Origin: an uncultured Candidatus Saccharibacteria bacterium
Lineage (GTDB): Bacteria > Patescibacteriota > Minisyncoccia > Phycocordibacterales > UBA9973
Direction of reading: 5' to 3'
Length of the DNA stretch: 64,000 bases
NCBI GenBank assembly: GCA_964610995.1
Contig: CAZSWF010000002.1
Span: 6,338 to 70,337, forward strand
Shown: positions 1 to 10,315 of the stretch, one piece after another
Layout of the letters: the number at the start of each line of letters is the position of its first letter
How positions within the stretch are numbered: the first letter of the stretch is position 1
Notes under the pieces: generated by a model
Database searches by the model: none
The model's input: the letters and a program-made list of their open reading frames with translations, nothing else
What the model was told of the DNA's origin: nothing
Program-made: the position numbers and the translations under genes

Positions 1-1
1 C

Positions 2-568
2 GACCGTCCAGATATTCGCACTGACAAAGAAGATCCGAACCTTCTCGCATTTTGCTGGGTGGTAGATTTCCCATTCTTTGAACGCACTGACACGAGCGAC
101 AACCCTCAAGCAGAAGGTGAGTGGACATTTACCCACAATCCATTTTCTCGTCCGATCGAAGAACATATGAGCAATCTGATGGAGAAAAAAGATCTCGCAT
201 CTATCCTTACCACGCAATACGACATTTGTCTCAACGGCTACGAGATCGGGGGAGGATCTATCCGTAACCATACCTATGATGCGCTCGCAAAAGTATTTGA
301 AATACTTGGACACAAGACAGAAGACATCGAAGCAAACTTTGGCCATATGCTGACTGCATTCAAAACAGGTACTCCTCCACACGGTGGTATTGCGTGGGGT
401 CTCGACCGTCTCCTTATGCTCCTCCTCAACGAACCCAACATCCGCGAAGTCATGGCATTCCCCAAGACCGGAGAAGGCAAGGATCCGATGATGCAAGCAC
501 CGTCTGAGATATCTCAAAAACAGTTGGATGAGCTCAATATTGTATTGAAAAAAGTTGAGAAGAAATAA
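2..568 (+). CDS. aspS: aspartyl-tRNA synthetase, C-terminal part (5' end outside the window)
   Basis: THNPFS, YD..LNGYEIGGGSIR, GTPPHGGIAWGLDRL and IREVMAFPK motifs. Confidence 0.95.
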   Translation, partial: DRPDIRTDKEDPNLLAFCWVVDFPFFERTDTSDNPQAEGEWTFTHNPFSRPIEEHMSNLMEKKDLASILTTQYDICLNGYEIGGGSIRNHTYDALAKVFEILGHKTEDIEANFGHMLTAFKTGTPPHGGIAWGLDRLLMLLLNEPNIREVMAFPKTGEGKDPMMQAPSEISQKQLDELNIVLKKVEKK

Positions 569-570
569 GA

Positions 571-592
571 AAAGCCCCAATATTGGGGCTTT
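571..592. terminator. bidirectional intrinsic terminator
   Basis: AAAGCCCCA-ATAT-TGGGGCTTT hairpin between convergent genes. Confidence 0.75.
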
Positions 593-612
593 GATTTTAA
601 AGTAATAAGATC

Positions 613-858
613 CTACTTTTGAGCCAGGATAATCTGGTCAAATACTGAAAAGAAATTTTCTTTGAGCTTCTTTTGAGCAGCATCTACTGCCACCTCAAGA
701 ATTTCGCGAATCTCTTTGGGATCTTGACCAGATTCCTTCATTGCTTTGTATAAAGGATCTTTTAAAATTTCCGCTTCAAACTTTGAAATCGAGTTATTGT
801 CGATTTTCTTGTACTGATGAAACGGTCCGAAAACTCTTTTTTCTACAGCCATGTTCAC
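613..858 (-). CDS. AT-rich hypothetical protein, possibly a pseudogene with an in-frame TAA after ATG at 885
   Basis: 81-aa ORF; upstream TTGACT-N17-TATAAT (988-960). Confidence 0.45.
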   Translation of the reverse strand: MNMAVEKRVFGPFHQYKKIDNNSISKFEAEILKDPLYKAMKESGQDPKEIREILEVAVDAAQKKLKENFFSVFDQIILAQK

Positions 859-1439
859 AAGCTGTTGGATGAATTATTTTTTCATCTTTATTAATTTAAA
901 TGTACAAAGCGCCACTTCCTAGAATTGAACGCTTATTTGGTGATATCTAGGATGTTAGTATTATATATTATTTTTTGTAAAAAGTCAAGCATTTTTCTAT
1001 GTAATAATTGCATATATTCGTCGTCTCTAAAGTGTAGATAGGATAGTATTCTCCATCTACGATTTGTTCATTCCCAAGGGCATATGAACACACTGAAACT
1101 ACGAGGGTGATGACATCGATACTCTGTATCTATCTTCACAAAGGAATATATCCTCTCAAACCGGTGTGCTCATAATATGTAATCTTACCCAGACTATCTC
1201 ACGATAGATCTGGCACCAGCGAGCTTTTCTTCTTCCGGTATATCTCTACATTTCTGATATACCATTCCACTTTCGCATAGATACATTTCTTTGCTCCTCA
1301 CCCACAACTTCATACTATTGTTCCTTTTAGCCCTTTTCTCACAATCCAATACCACCGCTTATATATAAGCATCGCCAAACACCCCTCTTCACTATAGTGA
1401 TAGGGGTGCCATTTTTTATACGGTATACTAGATACATTC

Positions 1440-2186
1440 ATGGAACCCCACGCTACCACCGCTGCACACTTCAGCGTCAAACACGACACCTTTGAAGGAC
1501 CAATCGAGGTCTTGCTCGAGCTCATCGAGAAACGCAAACTTTTCGTTAATGACGTGTCGCTCGCGTCCGTCACCGACGACTTCATCTCGTTTATCCAGAC
1601 CAAGGGTATGCACCCGGAGATGGTCGCGCACTTCCTCGCGGTCGCTGCGACTCTCATCTTGATCAAGGCGCGATCGCTCCTGCCGACACTTGAGCTGACA
1701 ACCGAAGAATCCGAATCGATCACCGACCTCGAACGACGTGTGGTGCTCTATCAGATCATCTCGCATATCTCGGGTGACCTGATCAAGCACTATGGCAAGA
1801 AAATATCATTTGAAGGAGTGGGGCGTGCTAGTGGGCCTGTGTTTGCACCGGACCCGAGCCTTGCGCTTGCAGACCTACCCCAGCTGATCAATGGACTCGT
1901 CGAGCGTATGCCCGCTACTGCTCCTGTGAAGCCCGAGGCGCGCGTGACAGCTACGGTATCTATCGGAGAGGTCATAGACACCCTGATCGAGCGGATATCG
2001 CGTATGACAACAGGTACCTTTAACAGTATTCGTATGCAGTCACCCGATGCCGATGATAGAAGCCAAAAAGTCTATACGATCGTGTCGTTTCTTGGTATGC
2101 TAGAGCTTGTCAGACGCGGTCTGGTGGCAGCAGAGCAGTCCAGCCAGTTCGAAGACATTCATCTCGAGCGACCCCACACTATATGA
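1440..2186 (+). CDS. scpA: segregation and condensation protein A
   Basis: FEGPIEVLLELI, AATLILIKARSLLP, SFLGMLEL, Q...FEDI; adjacent to scpB. Confidence 0.93.
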   Translation: MEPHATTAAHFSVKHDTFEGPIEVLLELIEKRKLFVNDVSLASVTDDFISFIQTKGMHPEMVAHFLAVAATLILIKARSLLPTLELTTEESESITDLERRVVLYQIISHISGDLIKHYGKKISFEGVGRASGPVFAPDPSLALADLPQLINGLVERMPATAPVKPEARVTATVSIGEVIDTLIERISRMTTGTFNSIRMQSPDADDRSQKVYTIVSFLGMLELVRRGLVAAEQSSQFEDIHLERPHTI

Positions 2187-2707
2187 AACACGCTATTGAA
2201 GCCATCCTCCTTGCTACCGGTGAGCCACAAACATTTGCGGCGCTCGCCAAGCACCTCGACACGGATACTGACTCTATAGCTCGCGCTGTCGCCGAGCTCA
2301 TCGCGAGTATGGACGATCACGGGATCATGGTCACCGAGCTCGGTGGAGTCGTGAGCCTCGTCACACGAGCAGAGCATAGTGCACTGATCGAGAGTATTCG
2401 CAAAGAAGAACTTTCTAAAGAACTCTCCAAAGCATCTGCCGAAACACTCGCGGTAGTCGCATACAAACCAGGAGTGAGCAAAAGTCAGATCGAGTTTATT
2501 CGCGGAGTGAACGTTTCGTATAGCTTGCGATCACTGCAGATGCGTGGACTGATCGAAACCAAAGGGTCGGGGAGAAGTGTGGGATATCATCCGACATCAG
2601 ACTTGCTCCATCACTTTGGTATTGCGCAGCTCTCGGAGCTACCCGCGTATGCAGAGACAACTGCGAAACTCGACGCGCTTATCAGTCGTACTGACGAAAC
2701 ACAATGA
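2183..2707 (+). CDS. scpB: SMC-Scp complex subunit ScpB
   Basis: IEAILLA.GEP, LSKASAETLAVVAY, IEFIRGVN, FL/LL..FG motifs. Confidence 0.93.
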   Translation: MKHAIEAILLATGEPQTFAALAKHLDTDTDSIARAVAELIASMDDHGIMVTELGGVVSLVTRAEHSALIESIRKEELSKELSKASAETLAVVAYKPGVSKSQIEFIRGVNVSYSLRSLQMRGLIETKGSGRSVGYHPTSDLLHHFGIAQLSELPAYAETTAKLDALISRTDETQ

Positions 2708-3777
2708 TCACCCTCAACGTTATCAAAATCTTTTTACCTACTGCACTTGCCTTCCTTATAGGTATTGCGATCACGCCCACACTCACGGACTTTATGTATC
2801 GTCACAAGCTCTGGAAACGCAAACCTCGTACCGAAGGAGAAACCATCACCAATGCTGACTTTGCCAAACTTGAAAACAAAGCAGAGACCTCTACACCGCG
2901 TGTCGGTGGTGTGATCATCTGGTTGGCTGTACTCGCAACTGTTGCACTCATGTGGCTCGTATCACGAGTGTTTCCTACAGAACTCTTGGCCAAGCTCGAC
3001 TTCTACAGCCGCAACCAAACATTGATCCCGCTTGCGAGCCTTGTATTTGGCAGCTTGCTCGGACTGCTCGATGACTTTTTTGAGATTCGTGGCAGAGAAG
3101 GTGTGACCCATAGCAACGACAAAGAAATCCGTTTTCGATATATAAAGATCGGGCTCATCTGTGTGATCGGGCTCGTGATCGGAGCATGGTTTTATGTGAA
3201 GCTCGGCATGACCGGTATTTCGATACCATTTAGTACAGCGATCCTACCGCTCGGTACATTGTTTATTCCTTTTTTCATTTTGGTGCTGGTGGCAGTGTTC
3301 TCAGGCGGAGTGATCGATGGCATGGACGGACTTGCGGGTGGGGTGCTCGCGATCATTTTCTCTGCGTATGCGATTATTGCATTTGGGCAAAGCCAGATCG
3401 ATATCGCAGCGTTTTGTGGAGTAATCGCAGGATCAATACTCGCATTTCTATGGTTCAACATTCCACCTGCGCGTTTCTACATGGGAGAAACAGGAATGAT
3501 GGGACTCCTTGTGGTACTTACTGTTGTAGCATTTCTTACTGACACTGTACTCTTGCTACCACTGATCGCACTCCCACTCGTGGTTTCGAGTGCGTCGTCT
3601 TTGATTCAAATCTTTTCATACAAGTACTGTGGCAAACGCAGGGTGTTCAGGGTTGCGCCATTGCACCACCACTTCCATGCACTTGGCTGGTCTCGTGAGA
3701 AAATAGTCATGCGATACTGGGTTGTTTCTATTATTGTCGCGATTCTCGGTGTCGTAATTGCACTGAGTAGCAAATAG
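2704..3777 (+). CDS. mraY: phospho-N-acetylmuramoyl-pentapeptide transferase
   Basis: TPRVGG, LLDD, IDGMDGLAGG, WFNIPPARFYMGETG, APLHHHF; multiple TM helices. Confidence 0.95.
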   Translation: MITLNVIKIFLPTALAFLIGIAITPTLTDFMYRHKLWKRKPRTEGETITNADFAKLENKAETSTPRVGGVIIWLAVLATVALMWLVSRVFPTELLAKLDFYSRNQTLIPLASLVFGSLLGLLDDFFEIRGREGVTHSNDKEIRFRYIKIGLICVIGLVIGAWFYVKLGMTGISIPFSTAILPLGTLFIPFFILVLVAVFSGGVIDGMDGLAGGVLAIIFSAYAIIAFGQSQIDIAAFCGVIAGSILAFLWFNIPPARFYMGETGMMGLLVVLTVVAFLTDTVLLLPLIALPLVVSSASSLIQIFSYKYCGKRRVFRVAPLHHHFHALGWSREKIVMRYWVVSIIVAILGVVIALSSK

Positions 3778-3778
3778 C

Positions 3779-4900
3779 ATGCGCAGTATTTTACACAAAG
3801 AATCACAAAAGCCATTTGATCGATACTTTCTTGGTATTGTTGCAGTGATCACACTTATTGGGCTATTTTCTTTTGTATCTGCATCGCTCGGTATACTAGA
3901 GAAAAGTGAGAGTAAGTTCTATGGGGTACTGTTCAACCAAATAGTACTCGGACTCGTCGGCGGATCCCTCGCCTTGTGGATCACGATGCATATCCCATAT
4001 CTATTTTGGCGCAAGCACGCGTTTTATATATTTTTAGCAACACTTGTATTAACAATGCTTGTATTTGTTCCAAGTCTTGGGTTCGAACATGGGGGAGCAC
4101 AACGGTGGATCTCTATCGGCCCTCTATCCTTTCAACCAGCAGAATTTCTCAAGCTCGGCTTTATCATTTATTTTGCGACATGGCTTGCCTGGACACACAA
4201 ACAGCAACAAGATATGAAGTTCAAAATCGTACCATTGATCGTACTCCTCGGCATTATTGCTACGATTCTTTTAAAACAACCTGATAATAAAAGTTTGATC
4301 CTCATCACCACGGCAGCATGTGCTATGTTGTTTGTCTCTGGAGTTTCTTGGAAAAAGGTAGGGCTGATTATCGGTATAGGGATCGTCGGCATTGTGTCAC
4401 TTGCATTTTTTCGACCATACGTCATGGAGCGTATCGAAACGTTTATCAATCCATCCTCTGACCCTCGAGGATCATCGTATCAGTTGCAGCAATCTCTGAT
4501 TGCTATTGGGTCAGGAGGGTTGTTTGGGCAGGGTTTGGGACAGAGTGTGCAAAAGTTTGGATACCTACCAGAACCACAAGGTGACTCAGTGTTTGCGGTC
4601 ATAGGTGAAGAATGGGGATTTATCGGATCAGGCATTTTGGTTATATTATATATTTTCTTGGCAGTACGCGGACTCAAAATAGCGATGCGTGCACCTGACA
4701 ACTTTGCACGATATCTGGTAGTAGGTATTACGACATTGATCGTAGCTCAATCGTTTCTCAACATTGCGTCTCTGCTCGGACTGTTTCCATTGACCGGCGT
4801 ACCACTCGTCTTTATTTCTCATGGAGGGACCTCGCTTGCGATCGCGCTCGCAGCAGTCGGCATTATTCTCAACGTGTCAAGATATCAAAAAAAGGTATAA
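3779..4900 (+). CDS. ftsW: SEDS peptidoglycan polymerase FtsW
   Basis: GAQRWI, FQPAEFLK, YLPEPQGDSVFAVIGEEWG, PLTGVPLVFISHGGTS; between mraY and murG. Confidence 0.9.
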   Translation: MRSILHKESQKPFDRYFLGIVAVITLIGLFSFVSASLGILEKSESKFYGVLFNQIVLGLVGGSLALWITMHIPYLFWRKHAFYIFLATLVLTMLVFVPSLGFEHGGAQRWISIGPLSFQPAEFLKLGFIIYFATWLAWTHKQQQDMKFKIVPLIVLLGIIATILLKQPDNKSLILITTAACAMLFVSGVSWKKVGLIIGIGIVGIVSLAFFRPYVMERIETFINPSSDPRGSSYQLQQSLIAIGSGGLFGQGLGQSVQKFGYLPEPQGDSVFAVIGEEWGFIGSGILVILYIFLAVRGLKIAMRAPDNFARYLVVGITTLIVAQSFLNIASLLGLFPLTGVPLVFISHGGTSLAIALAAVGIILNVSRYQKKV

Positions 4901-4910
4901 TACTCAGTAT

Positions 4911-6047
4911 ATGAAAATCTTACTCACAGGCGGTGGTACCGGCGGACACTTCTACCCACTCATGGCTATAGCCGAAGAACTCAACAAGCTTGCAGACGAA
5001 GAGCGCATTATCAACATGAAGCTCTACTATATGGCAGACAAGCCATATGACCCCGACATACTCGAAGAACAATTTATTACCTTCATCCCAATCACTGCAG
5101 GCAAGCTACGTGTCTACTTTTCATTGAAAAACATACTCGACATTGGCAAAACCATGATCGGTGTGGTCACTGGGCTAGTAAAAGTGTTCCAGCTCTACCC
5201 AGACGTCATCATTTCCAAAGGAGGGTACGCGGCGTTCCCAGTACTTGTGGCGGCCAAACTCTTGCGCATACCGACAATCATCCATGAGAGCGATACCGTA
5301 CCAGGGAGAGTCAATAAATGGTCAGGTAAGTTTGCACGACGTGTCGCACTTTCGTACCCTGAAGCTGCACAGTACTTTGATCCCAAGAAAATATCAGTTA
5401 CCGGTCAACCCGTCCGCAAGAACCTCATTCACCCCGTACGCGAAGGTGCAAAAGAATTTTTTGAATTACCCAACAATTTACCAGTCATTGGTATTTATGC
5501 AGGATCTCTCGGTGCAAAAGCGATCAATGATGTGGTTGTGACGATCGTGCCCGAACTCATAAAAAAGTATCAAATCATTCATCAAACAGGAGACAAGACA
5601 TATGACGAGATCACCACAGAAGTACGCATCTCACTCGGAGACGACACCAAGCGCAGTCGATACAAAGCATTCAAATCACTCAACAGTGTGCAGTCCAAGG
5701 TATTTGCGGGCGCAGTAGATCTCGTGATCGGCCGAGCAGGGTCTACAATATTTGAGTTTGCAGCATGGGGCAAGCCATCAATCATCATTCCCGGCAGAGG
5801 AGAAGTATTTCACGGAGACCACCAACGCAAAAATGCGTATCACTACGCTCGTACAGGGGCCTGTGTAGTCATCGAGGAAGCAAACCTCACTGCTTCGGTA
5901 CTATTGAGCGAGATCCAGTCCATTCTCGACAACAAAGAGCTCTACGAAGCCATGAGCAAGCACGCGCACGATTTCTTTATACCTACCGCAAGTCGTATGA
6001 TCGCTACTGAAGCCCTCACTATTGCACTGTCTCACGAGAAGCAATAA
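4911..6047 (+). CDS. murG: undecaprenyldiphospho-muramoylpentapeptide GlcNAc transferase
   Basis: TGGGTGGH, KGGYAA, IHESD..PGRVN, GSLGA, RAG, HQRKNA; start set at ATG 4911. Confidence 0.95.
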   Translation: MKILLTGGGTGGHFYPLMAIAEELNKLADEERIINMKLYYMADKPYDPDILEEQFITFIPITAGKLRVYFSLKNILDIGKTMIGVVTGLVKVFQLYPDVIISKGGYAAFPVLVAAKLLRIPTIIHESDTVPGRVNKWSGKFARRVALSYPEAAQYFDPKKISVTGQPVRKNLIHPVREGAKEFFELPNNLPVIGIYAGSLGAKAINDVVVTIVPELIKKYQIIHQTGDKTYDEITTEVRISLGDDTKRSRYKAFKSLNSVQSKVFAGAVDLVIGRAGSTIFEFAAWGKPSIIIPGRGEVFHGDHQRKNAYHYARTGACVVIEEANLTASVLLSEIQSILDNKELYEAMSKHAHDFFIPTASRMIATEALTIALSHEKQ

Positions 6048-6879
6048 CTCCTTTGTGATCTGCGTACACGTAGGTAAACGATGCGCCCAGGAAAAATATC
6101 TGAGCGGAATAGTATATCCATACGAGTATACCCACAAGCGAAGATGCACCCCCAAATACGTCGACATGCACGAGTAGCTTGATGTACTGTGCGATCAACA
6201 CATTGCCGAGCATGAACAGTGCTGCGGTAACAAACGCTCCAACAAAAAGTACCCGCCACGGTAGCGTACGGTTGGGCATGATGCGGTACATACCCATAAA
6301 CAACAATGTACCGAGCACTACTGGCGCGACAAACTGTAACAGAGTTGCAATACCCGCAAAGGATGAGGGGAAGGGAAGCGCCGTCTGTATAAAAGAAAAC
6401 AGTACTGTGGCACCCATCGAAAGCATGAGCAGTACTGCGAGTATAGGGATAAATGACAACAGTGCAATCTTGGTCCGAAAGAAATGGGTAATCCGTGCAG
6501 TCAGCGAAGCGTGTGTCGTGCGTTGTACCGGTACATCCCACAGCTCATCAATATCTCGATCAAGTTCAGCAAATGCTCCAATAGAAGCCACAAGTACAAT
6601 ACTTGCTCCCACTACTGCGGCGGTGACCGATACATCGGCTATTGGGACGTTATGCAATATCTCACTAATGTACATCGCCGCCTGTGGACCGATTGTAGTG
6701 ATCAGCTGGTGCATGAGTGCGTACTCGACCGTATCTTTACTAAAGAGCATCGCCGCTGCAGTGACCACAAGGAGAATGAGTGGCACAAATGACAGCATCG
6801 CGTAGTACGAGAGCGCTGCACCCATTCGTGGCGCATTGTGTGAGCGCCAGTGTCGGATGGATCTGATCAAGATATTCAT
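6019..6879 (-). CDS. YihY/virulence factor BrkB family membrane protein
   Basis: GAALSYYAMLSFVPL and L.WIYYSAQIFFLGA motifs. Confidence 0.88.
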   Translation of the reverse strand: MNILIRSIRHWRSHNAPRMGAALSYYAMLSFVPLILLVVTAAAMLFSKDTVEYALMHQLITTIGPQAAMYISEILHNVPIADVSVTAAVVGASIVLVASIGAFAELDRDIDELWDVPVQRTTHASLTARITHFFRTKIALLSFIPILAVLLMLSMGATVLFSFIQTALPFPSSFAGIATLLQFVAPVVLGTLLFMGMYRIMPNRTLPWRVLFVGAFVTAALFMLGNVLIAQYIKLLVHVDVFGGASSLVGILVWIYYSAQIFFLGASFTYVYADHKGVIASRETVQ

Positions 6880-6912
6880 GCATGTAGTATATATGTTTTT
6901 TACGAGACTGAC

Positions 6913-6959
6913 TTATCCACAGTCTTTTTCTTGCATGTGAACGTTCGTTCACCTATACT
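6913..6959 (+). promoter_or_regulatory. sigma70 promoter of the lexA operon with a palindromic operator and an upstream DnaA box
   Basis: TTATCCACA 6913-6921; TTGCAT 6931-6936, N17, TATACT 6954-6959; spacer filled by GTGAAC-GTTC-GTTCAC 6937-6952. Confidence 0.75.
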
Positions 6960-7004
6960 AAATACAGGTCGCGATTATTACAAATAACTTGTCTTAACAC
7001 TTTT

Positions 7005-7193
7005 ATGACACGACACCAATACACACAAAACATACACAAACAACTTCAAGCGTTAAACGAACGGATCGATTACAAGATCATGCACGGACAGAGTTATGCC
7101 GATGATTCTCGCCGTCACAAAACACTCTTGCGTCAGATCGCTCGACAATCGAAACAAGGGTTCCTCGCACGTTTATTTCCAAGCCTCGCCTAA
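7005..7193 (+). CDS. small hypothetical protein in the lexA operon
   Basis: 62-aa ORF after the promoter, 5 nt from the next ORF. Confidence 0.6.
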   Translation: MTRHQYTQNIHKQLQALNERIDYKIMHGQSYADDSRRHKTLLRQIARQSKQGFLARLFPSLA

Positions 7194-7198
7194 CTACT

Positions 7199-7384
7199 AT
7201 GAACACTCCATTCCAATCTCTCGTTCACCAAGAAATGATACGCCTCGAACAGCTCGTCCATGAAAACGACTCGTTCTCTAACAGCCTCGCGCAGTATGCC
7301 CGGAAAAACGGTATACTTCTGGGGAGACGTAGTCCTACCTGGGGGTGGCTCTCTATGGTACGCGTTATGCAGTTTCTCCTCTAA
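7199..7384 (+). CDS. small hypothetical protein in the lexA operon
   Basis: 61-aa ORF, 6 nt upstream of lexA. Confidence 0.5.
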   Translation: MNTPFQSLVHQEMIRLEQLVHENDSFSNSLAQYARKNGILLGRRSPTWGWLSMVRVMQFLL

Positions 7385-7390
7385 TCATTT

Positions 7391-7954
7391 ATGGATACCG
7401 ACTACAAAAACAAACTGATCGCATTTCATCATAGTCACAAACGTATGCCGACATATACGGAAATGATGTCGCTTTTTGGATTCAAATCCAAGAACGCGGT
7501 CGCACGTATCGTCAGCAAAATGATTGCAGCAGGTATCGTCACCAAGGACGCACTGGGCAAACTACTACCCACCACCATGTTTACCGGCATGCCATTGCTC
7601 GGCTCGGTCAAAGCAGGGTTCCCATCAGCAGTAGATGAAGTCCTCGAAACACTCAACCTCGAAGACTACCTAATCAAGAAAAAGCGTGAGACATATATGG
7701 TAGAAGTAGATGGCTACTCGATGATCGATGCACACATCACCGATGGCGATATCGCAATCGCAGAGCGCACCAACGTCGCTAAAAATGGTGACATCGTGAT
7801 CGCCAACATTGACGGAGAGTTCACTATGAAGTATTTACGAACCGACGGAAAAAAAACTTGGCTCGAACCCGCTAACAAAGATTTCAAACCTCTCTATCCT
7901 CGAGAAAGTCTAACGGTGGTAGCGATCATTAGGGGAGTGATACGCAAATACTAG
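7391..7954 (+). CDS. lexA: LexA-family repressor / S24 peptidase
   Basis: PTYTEM..FGFKS wHTH, G.VKAG cleavage site, GYSM catalytic Ser, TMK catalytic Lys. Confidence 0.88.
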   Translation: MDTDYKNKLIAFHHSHKRMPTYTEMMSLFGFKSKNAVARIVSKMIAAGIVTKDALGKLLPTTMFTGMPLLGSVKAGFPSAVDEVLETLNLEDYLIKKKRETYMVEVDGYSMIDAHITDGDIAIAERTNVAKNGDIVIANIDGEFTMKYLRTDGKKTWLEPANKDFKPLYPRESLTVVAIIRGVIRKY

Positions 7955-8880
7955 TCAGAACCTTCAACGCTCACTCTTTGTGCTGCCTCTTTCTCTATAG
8001 CAGGGAGGTTTTCTGTTATTAGAGTATTGAGGTCATCAGCCGTCAAAGTTGTCGCGGTAGGATCCTCAGCAAGCTTTTTCCAAGGAGCAGTCTTGCCATA
8101 GCCATACTCTCCAAAAATAATAGTAGGGGTACCTGTAGCCAGCACCTGCTGCTCATCAGGGCTAACTATCCATTGATCTGCCCATTCGTATACCCACTGC
8201 GCATCGGCTTCTGTCATACGCACACAGGAATGACTTGCTGGGTATCCAGGAAGCTCGTATTGATGGAGAGAAATACCTTGTGCGTTGTCGAGGTTGAAAT
8301 ACCAGGGAAGAATCCACTCATCTTTGATACTACTAATGACAAGTTTACCTTTCCAGTTGGTGAAGTAGAGTTTACTAGGCGTTGGGGTATCTTTTTTGCC
8401 AGTACTTGTAACCATCCACCGCACAAGTGTACCGTTTTCGTATGCGCCAATAGCTTGAATGCGTTGGGAAACTAAGAGAAGTTTCGGAATATCTTTGGCG
8501 GCGTCGAGGACACTAGGGAATGGGGAGAGTGCACTCCAATCTGTAAGCTCAGAAGGAATTGTGATCGTCGTGTTTTTTACAATGTGTTTATCGTCGAGAC
8601 GGTTAAACGTCAGTACAAAAGGGACCTTACTCAACCCAACTTCATCTGCGATTTCTGCACCAGGTTTGTCACTGGTTACGACAATAGACCGGTACGAAAT
8701 CTTTGATTCAGGAGGAGCAATAGGTGCTTGGGGGTCGACTACTATATCTTTTGCTGGTGTGTCTAGAGCAACAGACACACCCTTGTCTGGTCCCGTAGCA
8801 ATAAAATAAAGACCAGTACCGACCAAAACCAACAAGAGCGTCGAAATCACGTGGTGTTGTTTGATCATTTTGTGCTTCAT
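7951..8880 (-). CDS. L,D-transpeptidase (YkuD family)
   Basis: N-terminal TM, STGK...TP, GISLH...PGYPASHSCVR. Confidence 0.88.
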   Translation of the reverse strand: MKHKMIKQHHVISTLLLVLVGTGLYFIATGPDKGVSVALDTPAKDIVVDPQAPIAPPESKISYRSIVVTSDKPGAEIADEVGLSKVPFVLTFNRLDDKHIVKNTTITIPSELTDWSALSPFPSVLDAAKDIPKLLLVSQRIQAIGAYENGTLVRWMVTSTGKKDTPTPSKLYFTNWKGKLVISSIKDEWILPWYFNLDNAQGISLHQYELPGYPASHSCVRMTEADAQWVYEWADQWIVSPDEQQVLATGTPTIIFGEYGYGKTAPWKKLAEDPTATTLTADDLNTLITENLPAIEKEAAQRVSVEGSD

Positions 8881-8904
8881 ATATCTATTGTAACGCACAA
8901 TCAC

Positions 8905-9516
8905 TTATTTCTTTACACGAGCGTGTTCGACAAGTTTGCCAGCAGCAATCTCTACCGTATCAGCCTTGCGGAGTACGAGACCTGGAGGTACAAGAGATGT
9001 GTGCGGACTATCATCAAGGTCTGCACCTATTTCCCACAAATCCTCGGTACTTGTGATCCAGTCAGTACCATAGCGTTGTAATGAAAATGCACGTGAATAC
9101 TCTCGCAATGTTTTCTCTCCAGTATCGAGGAAGTACTCATGAAAATACGACAGTGCAAGTTCGCGAATACTTTTATAGATAGGTTCTCTGTACCGCAGCA
9201 CCGCATGGTTTGTTTTAGAAATAGCACCCCAGTATCCATTGCGACGAAACAGTGCCACGACATGATCGAGGTCTCGTCGTGTACTACGCAAGTCGAGCAA
9301 AAGTGGCCGCTCTCCGTGATACCACAGTATCGCAGCTGCGAGATATGCGCCTTCGAGACAGTGCGCGCAGCCATGTACGAGCACCTGACGAGGAGATCGA
9401 CATGTCTCACCACCTGTTTCGAAGTTGTACGAAAGTGTGTTGAGAAAGTCTTGGATCTGGACGGGAGTAGCGAGCTTTTTAAACACGGATTCCTCGTGAG
9501 GACTGAGACCAAACAT
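8905..9516 (-). CDS. transglutaminase-like conserved hypothetical protein
   Basis: AHCLEGAYLAA, DHVVALF, WGAISKTN (Cys-His core). Confidence 0.6.
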   Translation of the reverse strand: MFGLSPHEESVFKKLATPVQIQDFLNTLSYNFETGGETCRSPRQVLVHGCAHCLEGAYLAAAILWYHGERPLLLDLRSTRRDLDHVVALFRRNGYWGAISKTNHAVLRYREPIYKSIRELALSYFHEYFLDTGEKTLREYSRAFSLQRYGTDWITSTEDLWEIGADLDDSPHTSLVPPGLVLRKADTVEIAAGKLVEHARVKK

Positions 9517-9536
9517 ACTACAGTATAGCAAACGTT

Positions 9537-10241
9537 TTATACTTTGAGCTGTGCTATGTCACCAGTACGCAGTTTCTTGGTCGTGCCAGGCTTCATCATA
9601 CCGAGCATAAGATGTCCTATAGCGATACGGGTGAGCGACTCAATCGTGAGTTTACACGCATCGCACATACGTCTGATCTGGTGCTTGCGTCCTTCATGGA
9701 GTGTGATGAGAAATGACGTTCGGGATCCACGCGAGACTTCTGCGGGCTTGGTCTTGACCTTGTCGAGCACAATACCTTGTGCCATACGCAGGAGTGCTGC
9801 ATCTGGTACCGACTCACGAACCACTACACGATATGTTTTGCCCACGGACGAACCAACTCTCGTCAATGCCTTGGTCAGTGTACCGTCATTGGTCATGATG
9901 ATGAGGCCTTCACTGTCTTTGTCGAGTCGACCGATAGGTGCGAGGTGTTTGAGGGTGGGGAACTGATCATGCAAGTCTCTGGTACCAGAACTTGTTTTGG
10001 TCGTTTCTATGCCACGAGGTTTGTACACGAGATACGACTCCTTGGCCTGTGTGTCTGCGATCTCTATCACGTCACGATCAAGCACAATGCCGTGCCCTGG
10101 TTCAGTCACGAGTACACCATTGACGCGTACCTTACCAGACACAATTAGCGCTTTTGCTTCACGACGAGATGCAAGCCCTCGATGTGCAATCGCACGCTCG
10201 AGACGTTCGCAACCAGCAGGGAGGGTAGAAGGTGTTTTCAT
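9537..10241 (-). CDS. rRNA pseudouridine synthase (RsuA/RluB family)
   Basis: S4 domain SRREA, YKPRG, GRLDKDSEGL, EGRKHQIRRM. Confidence 0.92.
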   Translation of the reverse strand: MKTPSTLPAGCERLERAIAHRGLASRREAKALIVSGKVRVNGVLVTEPGHGIVLDRDVIEIADTQAKESYLVYKPRGIETTKTSSGTRDLHDQFPTLKHLAPIGRLDKDSEGLIIMTNDGTLTKALTRVGSSVGKTYRVVVRESVPDAALLRMAQGIVLDKVKTKPAEVSRGSRTSFLITLHEGRKHQIRRMCDACKLTIESLTRIAIGHLMLGMMKPGTTKKLRTGDIAQLKV

Positions 10242-10315
10242 GACTAAAGTATAGCAAAAATAAAAACATATGTACACAAGAAGTCAAGACTGTGTAGGGT
10301 GTATGATGCGACCAT

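Noticed and set aside
1000-1420. About 400-bp region without a long ORF
   Set aside because: Only short broken frames and one hairpin near 1380-1408; possibly a decayed gene, but nothing assignable.
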